Shown in pieces: positions 26,694-33,478 of a stretch of 33,478 bases of DNA. The notes beneath the pieces are model-generated. The model saw nothing but the letters and a program-made list of their open reading frames with translations, was not told the DNA's origin and did not search any database. The first letter of the stretch is position 1; every line of letters begins with the position of its first letter. Source of the stretch: an uncultured bacterium. Its GTDB lineage: Bacteria > Hydrogenedentota > Hydrogenedentia > Hydrogenedentales > JAEUWI01. Position numbers and translations under genes: made by a program. Location of the stretch: contig CAXBPH010000048.1 of the NCBI GenBank assembly GCA_963977445.1, positions 1 to 33,478 on the forward strand, given 5' to 3'.

Positions 26694-27217
26694 AACCCGG
26701 TGATGGCCTCAAACCCATTGTCCAGATGGCGCTGCGATTTCTTGCACTTGCGGCCTTCCTCGTCCCCCTGTGGTGGTTGCTTGTCCCCGTCTATGGTTGG
26801 CTCCTCGTCCAGGGATGTGGGGTCGTGCTCCGCTCCCTCCTGGGCATGCCCATCACCGCAGGCACTATCGAAGTCTCGGGAATACTGAACACAGAAAGTC
26901 TGCTGGTCCTCTACGTCGACGACCAAGCAACCCGGATGAAATTTGTGCAATTGGTTACCAACCTCCCCCCCCTGGTCGCGTTGGTGCTTGCCACGCCCGG
27001 TCTCGTCTGGCGCCGTCGCCTTGGGGCCCTGCTACTGGGTGGTGCCCTGCTTTGTCTGGGTCATGTGCTCTTCATCATACTGGCCCTGCGCTTCAGCGAC
27101 GCCCTTCAACAGCGACCGGAGATCCCCACGGCACTGGCACAATTCTCACTCACCCTCCCCTTCTTGCTGTGGATCATGCTGGCTTACTGGTGCCCTTCCG
27201 ACCGGGCGACGAAGTAG
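26690..27217 (+). CDS. Exosortase-associated membrane protein (exosortase-like, triad absent)
   Basis: ATGA overlap with the exosortase stop; about 5 hydrophobic helices; ALVLATPG.VWRRRLGALLLG parallels the exosortase core. Confidence 0.75.
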   Translation: MKPGDGLKPIVQMALRFLALAAFLVPLWWLLVPVYGWLLVQGCGVVLRSLLGMPITAGTIEVSGILNTESLLVLYVDDQATRMKFVQLVTNLPPLVALVLATPGLVWRRRLGALLLGGALLCLGHVLFIILALRFSDALQQRPEIPTALAQFSLTLPFLLWIMLAYWCPSDRATK

Positions 27218-27339
27218 GTAGCTGCCCTCCCCTTGTTTGTGTTTGGCCCGGATTTTCTGCCATGATCACCCCGGTCGCATTGGCACCCATCCCCCTTTAA
27301 AAAACCCAATAGTATCCAAATCGCTCTGGAAGGTATTGT

Positions 27340-28614
27340 ATGAATAAAGACCGTCTCACCCCCCTCATTAAGGAAGTTCAGGACCATCTTCTGAACGAAT
27401 TGATCCCCTTCTGGCTCAGCCACGGGACCGACGAAATCTATGGGGGCTTCCTGACCTATCTGGATAAAGATGGCAAACCGACGGGCGAAGGCACCAAGAC
27501 GCTGGTCTGCCAGACCCGGATGATCTATTCCGCCGCGTCGGCCCACCGCGCCAACCTGGGCGATGGAAAATTTCTGGAGATCGCCCGGCAGGGCGTAGAG
27601 TTTCTCGTCAAGAACTTCTGGGACAGTGACCATACGGGTTGGTTCTGGACCACTTCCCAGGATGGCACGCCAGAGAACAGAAGCAAGCTCACCTACGGAC
27701 ATTCCTTCGCAATTTACGCGCTGAGCGAATACGCCATGGCCTCGGGCGACAATAGCGCGCTGGAAATGGCCATAGAGACCTATAAGTGCCTCACTGGCCT
27801 CGCTGTCGACGCGGAGAACGGCGGCTTTCTCGAGTTTATGGAAGAAGACTGGCGTCCGAAGGCACCGGGTGCCTACGGCGGCGATCGCAAATCCTTTGAC
27901 GTACACATGCACCTTATGGAAGCCTTCACCAATCTCTATGAGGCGACGGGCGAGGAACAATACAAAGAAGACGCATGCTACGTCATTGACCTGCTCTTCA
28001 AGCACATGGTCCACCCCGATTTCGGAACGGGAATTGCCCAGTTTTCCCTCGATTGGCAGCCCCTTCGCGCCATTATCTTCAAGAATGTGTGGGGCTCAGA
28101 CCGTGATGTCGAAGAAGACGATGGACGCCCGCTGAACAACACGAGTTTTGGCCACAATGTGGAATTCGGCTGGCTTCTCAAGCATTCCATCGATATCCTC
28201 GGCCTGGATGTGGCCGACTATGCGGTCCCCATGCAAAAGCTTTATGACCACTGCCTGGCAAATGGCATCGATTGGGATCGGGGTGGCGTGTATTGCGAAG
28301 GCCCACACGATGGACCGGCCCGGGAACGCAACAAGGAATTCTGGCAGCAGGCGGAGACGATGGTGGGCCTCCTCGATGGGGCGTTGCTCTATGGCGACGA
28401 GAGATACCTCGAAGGCTACGAAAATGTCCACCGCTTTGCCATGGATCACGTAATCAACCACAAAGTGGGTGAATGGTATCCCCTGTTTGACGAAAACAAT
28501 AACCGCCAATGGGATTACATGGGCCACGCGTGGAAAATTAACTACCACACGGTGCGCGCCATGATTCAATGTGAACGTCGCCTGTCACAATTGATTGCTC
28601 TCGCCGAAGACTAG
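27340..28614 (+). CDS. AGE-family epimerase/isomerase (cellobiose 2-epimerase-like)
   Basis: LIPFW..G.D..YGGF, QTR, FWD..H.GWFW, YGHSFAIYALSEY, HMHLMEAFT, SFGHNVEFGWL, FWQQAE, GEWY, WKINYH (three catalytic-type His residues). Confidence 0.9.
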   Translation: MNKDRLTPLIKEVQDHLLNELIPFWLSHGTDEIYGGFLTYLDKDGKPTGEGTKTLVCQTRMIYSAASAHRANLGDGKFLEIARQGVEFLVKNFWDSDHTGWFWTTSQDGTPENRSKLTYGHSFAIYALSEYAMASGDNSALEMAIETYKCLTGLAVDAENGGFLEFMEEDWRPKAPGAYGGDRKSFDVHMHLMEAFTNLYEATGEEQYKEDACYVIDLLFKHMVHPDFGTGIAQFSLDWQPLRAIIFKNVWGSDRDVEEDDGRPLNNTSFGHNVEFGWLLKHSIDILGLDVADYAVPMQKLYDHCLANGIDWDRGGVYCEGPHDGPARERNKEFWQQAETMVGLLDGALLYGDERYLEGYENVHRFAMDHVINHKVGEWYPLFDENNNRQWDYMGHAWKINYHTVRAMIQCERRLSQLIALAED

Positions 28615-28634
28615 ATAGCATCCAATATATCTCC

Positions 28635-28678
28635 AGGACACCCCGCTGGAAACGGTCGGGGTGTCTTCTTATTTCATT
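28635..28678 (+). terminator. Rho-independent terminator
   Basis: GACACCCCG (28637-28645) pairs with CGGGGTGTC (28657-28665), followed by ttcttatttcattt, about 20 nt after the epimerase stop. Confidence 0.75.
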
Positions 28679-28742
28679 TGATTTTGCTACGGTCCGGGGG
28701 GCGATCGCGGTGGCGTACACGCGGTAATCCTGCGGGCATAAG

Positions 28743-28771
28743 TTGACAATTAATGGCGGGGAATGCAGAAT
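28743..28771 (+). promoter_or_regulatory. Sigma70-type promoter upstream of the PKD lipoprotein
   Basis: TTGACA (28743-28748), 17-nt spacer, CAGAAT (28766-28771). Confidence 0.6.
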
Positions 28772-28923
28772 GCTTCTACGGAAGCGGTGCCTCGGCACCG
28801 GGCAGTGCCGAATCTTGGGAAGCATGTTGGCACCAGCGGGTTAGAGCGATTGGACAGGCGAAATTGTCGGCCTGCCAACGACGCGGTGCAACTGCCTTGT
28901 AGTAACCGTTCGTCAGGACGTTC

Positions 28924-31900
28924 ATGCACATAAAAACAGTCACTCCAAACCTATACCGGCACGTGGGGAGCCTTGTTCTCTTCTGTGCCTCCTTGATCTC
29001 CCTGGCCGGTTGCCCCTTTGCCGGCCCCACCGCCGCATTTACGGCGACACCCACCGAAGGCGACGCCCCCCTTTCGGTGGCCTTCGTCGATCAGTCCATC
29101 AACGGTGGCTCTGAAATCACCACGTGGCTGTGGGATTTTGGCGACGGTTCCGAGAGTTCGGATCAGAGTCCTACCCACGTCTACGCCACCAACGGATTCT
29201 ACCGCGTCTCCCTGAAGGTCGATAGCAATACAGGCTCGTCCGTCGAGACCAAAGATGCCTTTATCAACGTTCGGGCCGTGCCCACCGCCGCATTTTCGGC
29301 CTCACCACGCAGTGGCAACACCCCCCTCTCGGTAGCCTTTCAGGATGAGTCGACGGCAGCACCCTTCAGCCTCACGGCATGGCGATGGACCTTCGGCGAT
29401 GGCGAAGTAAGTGAAGAACAGAATCCCGTTCACGTCTACGAGCAACCGGGCACCTACACCGTTTCCCTCACCGTTACCTCCGAAGGTGGCTCCAATACAC
29501 TCACCCAGCCGGACTTTATCGTCCTCGCGAAACTGCCGACCGTTTCTTTCGAAGCGACGCCAACGCGTGGCCCGGCCCCCCTGGCGGTCTCCTTCACCGA
29601 CACGTCGGCTGCGGGTTCTGCGGCCATCACGGCGCGAACCTGGGTCTTCGGCGATGGGGGCACAAGCACCGAGCAAAACCCAACCTATTTATTTGAAACA
29701 CCGGGTATTTATTCCGTTTCCCTCACCGCACGAACAGCCGCCGGGGAAGTGACGAAGACGATGACCAACATCGTAACCGTTACGCAGGCACCGACTGCGG
29801 CCTTTTCCGGCTCCCCTACCCGTGGCGGCGCACCGTTGATAGTCCGTTTTGTCGACGAATCCACGCCGGGGACCGCCACCATCAATGACTGGCTCTGGGA
29901 CTTTGGAGACGGCACGAGCTCGGTGCAACAGAACCCCGTCCATGAATACACGGAGGCGGGCGTCTTCGATGTGGTGTTCACGGTAAGCACGGATGACGGC
30001 ACCAACACGGTAACAAAGAAGGCATTTGTCGAAGCCCAGGCGGGCCCGACTGCGGCCTTCAGCGCTTCCGTGCTCCAGGGCTCGGCACCGCTCACGGTCG
30101 TATTCTCCGATGAATCCGCGGCGGGTGCCAGTGCCATAACCGGCCGTCAATGGAACTTTGGCGACGCCACCGTCAGCGGCGAGGAAAACCCGGTTCATAC
30201 CTACACCGAATCGGGTACTTATACCGTTTCCCTCCGCGTCCAGAGTGCCGTCGGGCCCAATATTCACACGGAGCCCAATTACATTGTGGTTGTTGCGCCC
30301 CCCAAGGCAAGTTTCGCGGCATCCCCGACGCAGGGCGAGCGCCCCCTGAACGTAACCTTCACCGACACCTCCGTTGCGGGCAGCAGCCCTATCACGAGCT
30401 ACCTCTGGAGCTTTGGTGATGGAACCAACAGCACCGACCCCAATCCCGCGCGGGTGTACACAACGGCAGGCACCTATACGGTCAAGCTCACCGTAACGAC
30501 CGACGACGGCACCGACAGCAGCACGCAAGTCGACTTTATCAACGTTCGTGAAAAGCCCGTTGCCGATTTCAGCGCCAACGTAACCCGTGGTCCCGCGCCC
30601 CTCGCCGTGCAATTCCGAGATGCATCCACCCGAGGGACCGAGACCATCACCTCGCGCACCTGGGATTTCGGGGACGGCTCGACCAGCACTTCGGAAGACC
30701 CGAGCCACACCTACGCGGCTCCGGGTATCTATACGGTCAATCTCACGCTGAACACCACGTCGGGCCCCGTATCCGCCCGAAAAACCGGCTTTATTGTCGT
30801 AGACCCGGCGGTAAACTTTACAACCACGGCGGATAGTGGACGTGCCCCTGCCTTCGTCACCTTCACCGACACCTCAAACATCGGGTCCCTGACGGTATCG
30901 AAACGCGTCTGGGATTTTGGTGACGGCTTGACGAGCGAGGCACCGGCCCCCGTACACCAATACGTCGCGCCCGGCACCTATGATGTGTCCCTGACTCTGA
31001 GCACCGAACAGGGTGATGCCGTTCGGGTACGCATGGGGTTGATTAACCTCCGGCCTACCCCGGCGTTCACGGGAGAGCCCCGCTCTCATGCCGGCGGCCC
31101 CCATGCCGTCCAGTTTGAAGACCAGACGGATTCGGGTTCGCTCAAGATTAACGGATGGGATTGGAATTTTGGTGATGGGGGCCATAGTGCCGCCCAGAAC
31201 CCATCCCACACCTTCGCCAAACCCGGACTCTATGCCGTCAGCCTGACCGTACTCACCGATATCGGAAACAGCATCACCACCCGCGAGGGCTATGTCTCAA
31301 TTCGGCCGGAAGCCAAATTCTCCGCCGATGTTACGTCGGGTGTAGACAGTCTCACCGTGCAATTCACCGACGAGACGGATCCAGGCAACCTCTCGGTGTT
31401 GAGTTGGCTGTGGACCTTTGGCGATGGCAGCGAGAGCACATCACGGAACCCGAGCCACACGTACACCGAGCCAGGAACCTATACCGTTTCGCTAACCACA
31501 CGTAGCAACGAAGGCAGCGACACCGAAACCAGGACGGGGCTCATCAAGGTAGCGCCGCTGGTCAAGTTTACGGGCAATCCCCTGACGGGCGAAGCACCGC
31601 TGGAAGTAACTTTCCGGGATGGCACCGACCCCGGCAAACTTAAAATAGCCGCCTGGAATTGGGAGTTGGGTGAAGGCGATCCGGTCATGGATGAAACCCC
31701 TGTCTATAGCTACGCCATACCGGGCATCTACGACATCAAACTGACCGTCACCACCGCCCAGGGCAATGCAACGACCACCCGCCTGGGGTATATAAAAGTC
31801 TTGCCGCCCCTATCCGCTATGGCCAATATCACGGCGGGATCCGGATCGGCATCGGTGGCATTCACCAACACCTCCGATGTGAGCCCCCTTACCGTGGAGT

Positions 31901-33477
31901 CCTGGCTCTGGGAGTTTGGCGACGGCACCACCAGTACCGCTGAAAATCCCACCCATAATTACACCACACCCGGAATTTTTGATGTAAAACTTTCCGTCAC
32001 CACCGTAGAGGGCGTCAGTGCTACCAAAAGTGTCGCCTCCGTATCCATCGACCCCGTCCCTGCCTTTACCGCCGATGGCACCTTGGGTGTAGCCCCTTTT
32101 GCGGTACAGTTTACCGACACCTCAAACATCGGCAATCTAACCGTCACTGGATGGGCCTGGGACTTCGGGGATACAAGCACCGGCACCACCCAGAACCCAC
32201 CCCATACTTTCACCACCTCGGGAACCTATGAAGTTTCGCTGACCATTACCACCGCACTCGGCAACACCCCGGCGGCGAGCACCACCATGATCAATGTCCT
32301 GCCTGCCCAGGATTTTAGCGCCGATGTAACGTCGGGACCGGCGGTGGTGGACGTCGTGCTTACCGATTACACGGCCATGGGCGTTACGGCCGTCACGAGC
32401 CGCACCTGGGACTTTGGCGATGGCACATCGATGACGGTTGCCGCGCCCACCGCCACCGTGTCCCACCGGTTCACCAACACGGGATCGGCCACCCTCGTCC
32501 GGCAGGTTACGCTCACACAGCACACGGCCCTGGGTGATGCCACCAGTGGCGCTACGGAAGCGATCACGATCTACCCCATCAGTTTCTCGGGAGATACGAC
32601 AAATCAACCCCACAATCTAAACGTGGGTTTCACAGACAATACGGTTGAAGGGGATGTAACCATTAGCTCCCGTGACTGGGACTTCATGGATGGTGCCACC
32701 GCGACCACGGCGGGCAATTCCACGAACAACAATTACACCGAAGCCGGTAGCTATGCCGTAGAACTCACTATCACGACTTCACAAGGTAATATGGCGACGG
32801 GAACTATTGGCAGCCCGGTATTGGTGGAGCCCGTGGTGCTATACGCGGCCACCTCGGCGGTTGCCGGTGCGGCACCCCTCAGCATTGATTTTTCAGACCA
32901 GACCGTCCTCGGCAATCTTAGCGGTGTCACCCGCCGGTGGACGTGGGGCGACGGAAACACCGACGACATCGCCGGCGCAACCACCAGCCACACCTATACC
33001 ACGGCGGGCTGTTACTCCGCCACGTTGGAATTGATAACGGATCAGGGAAACTACGATGACAGCAGTATGGCCATTGACATCGTCGTCGAAGATGCCGCCT
33101 CTCTCACCCCGACTACAACGGCCGATAACAACCAAGCGGGCATCATGTTTGACCTGATGGCCAATCGCGACCTTCGCGTCTATGCGTTCACCATGAACTT
33201 CACCGGCACCAGCGACACCAACACCATGCGCCTATACACCGCGGGCGTGACGAGCATAGGCAATGAGTCCACCCCAGGCGTCTGGACGATGGTCGACGAC
33301 ACGGTGTTCAGCAGCGGGACCGGTGTGATGATCGATACGGGCGATGTCCTGATGAATTCGGGCGATTTGTTCGGGTTCTATCTCTTGAATCGCACCGCCG
33401 GTACGACCAACAACAACATCTCCTACCAGTCGGGTACGGGCAACGTCATGTTTGACGGCGGCGATATCGAACTATTC
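28924..33477 (+). CDS. Giant surface lipoprotein with 16 tandem PKD domains; 3' end lies outside the window
   Basis: Translated by hand; absent from the track because it has no stop in the window. ATG 28924 gives MHIKT...SLISLAG|CP (lipobox). In-frame WxFGDG-type motifs occur at ~29131, 29386, 29641, 29896, 30151, 30406, 30661, 30910, 31162, 31411, 31660, 31909, 32158, 32407, 32677 and 32938, followed by a non-PKD beta-rich domain (GIMFDL.A). Confidence 0.93.
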   Translation, partial: MHIKTVTPNLYRHVGSLVLFCASLISLAGCPFAGPTAAFTATPTEGDAPLSVAFVDQSINGGSEITTWLWDFGDGSESSDQSPTHVYATNGFYRVSLKVDSNTGSSVETKDAFINVRAVPTAAFSASPRSGNTPLSVAFQDESTAAPFSLTAWRWTFGDGEVSEEQNPVHVYEQPGTYTVSLTVTSEGGSNTLTQPDFIVLAKLPTVSFEATPTRGPAPLAVSFTDTSAAGSAAITARTWVFGDGGTSTEQNPTYLFETPGIYSVSLTARTAAGEVTKTMTNIVTVTQAPTAAFSGSPTRGGAPLIVRFVDESTPGTATINDWLWDFGDGTSSVQQNPVHEYTEAGVFDVVFTVSTDDGTNTVTKKAFVEAQAGPTAAFSASVLQGSAPLTVVFSDESAAGASAITGRQWNFGDATVSGEENPVHTYTESGTYTVSLRVQSAVGPNIHTEPNYIVVVAPPKASFAASPTQGERPLNVTFTDTSVAGSSPITSYLWSFGDGTNSTDPNPARVYTTAGTYTVKLTVTTDDGTDSSTQVDFINVREKPVADFSANVTRGPAPLAVQFRDASTRGTETITSRTWDFGDGSTSTSEDPSHTYAAPGIYTVNLTLNTTSGPVSARKTGFIVVDPAVNFTTTADSGRAPAFVTFTDTSNIGSLTVSKRVWDFGDGLTSEAPAPVHQYVAPGTYDVSLTLSTEQGDAVRVRMGLINLRPTPAFTGEPRSHAGGPHAVQFEDQTDSGSLKINGWDWNFGDGGHSAAQNPSHTFAKPGLYAVSLTVLTDIGNSITTREGYVSIRPEAKFSADVTSGVDSLTVQFTDETDPGNLSVLSWLWTFGDGSESTSRNPSHTYTEPGTYTVSLTTRSNEGSDTETRTGLIKVAPLVKFTGNPLTGEAPLEVTFRDGTDPGKLKIAAWNWELGEGDPVMDETPVYSYAIPGIYDIKLTVTTAQGNATTTRLGYIKVLPPLSAMANITAGSGSASVAFTNTSDVSPLTVESWLWEFGDGTTSTAENPTHNYTTPGIFDVKLSVTTVEGVSATKSVASVSIDPVPAFTADGTLGVAPFAVQFTDTSNIGNLTVTGWAWDFGDTSTGTTQNPPHTFTTSGTYEVSLTITTALGNTPAASTTMINVLPAQDFSADVTSGPAVVDVVLTDYTAMGVTAVTSRTWDFGDGTSMTVAAPTATVSHRFTNTGSATLVRQVTLTQHTALGDATSGATEAITIYPISFSGDTTNQPHNLNVGFTDNTVEGDVTISSRDWDFMDGATATTAGNSTNNNYTEAGSYAVELTITTSQGNMATGTIGSPVLVEPVVLYAATSAVAGAAPLSIDFSDQTVLGNLSGVTRRWTWGDGNTDDIAGATTSHTYTTAGCYSATLELITDQGNYDDSSMAIDIVVEDAASLTPTTTADNNQAGIMFDLMANRDLRVYAFTMNFTGTSDTNTMRLYTAGVTSIGNESTPGVWTMVDDTVFSSGTGVMIDTGDVLMNSGDLFGFYLLNRTAGTTNNNISYQSGTGNVMFDGGDIELF

Positions 33478-33478
33478 A

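Noticed and set aside
28772..28923. Riboswitch in the PKD gene leader
   Set aside because: Small hairpins are present (cggtgcc/ggcaccg, caggc/gcctg), but I recognise no aptamer consensus or terminator.

Overview
This is a GC-rich bacterial chromosomal window. The (GE)n linker, the LAGC|P PKD lipoprotein and the gene mix suggest Candidatus Hydrogenedentes, but that is inference only. From left to right it carries: a truncated secreted DUF4832/GH-A-like protein with a GEGEGE linker (minus strand, missing from the ORF track); a JAB/RadC-like domain fused to a DinG helicase, coupled to pgi and a TPR membrane protein; an Xis/MerR-HTH response regulator with a large hybrid histidine kinase; a rhodanese; and an aldo/keto reductase. 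Next comes a ~2.2 kb repeat hotspot with two unrelated miniature inverted repeats and a REP-associated tyrosine transposase (RAYT) surrounded by 8 copies of one REP hairpin, 5 of them in a direct 85-bp tandem array. After that are rhaA; an Ogl-like beta-propeller, a divergent KdsB and a stand-alone homocysteine methyltransferase; a kinase/Rcp1-like/REC-Zn three-gene signalling cassette; an exosortase with a ~130-aa insert coupled to an exosortase-like partner lacking the catalytic triad; an AGE/cellobiose-epimerase family enzyme; and a >1500-aa lipoprotein with 16 PKD repeats that runs off the right end (also missing from the ORF track). I found no rRNA, tRNA or CRISPR array. The best candidates for something new are the RAYT/REP tandem-array locus and the exosortase plus pseudo-exosortase pair.
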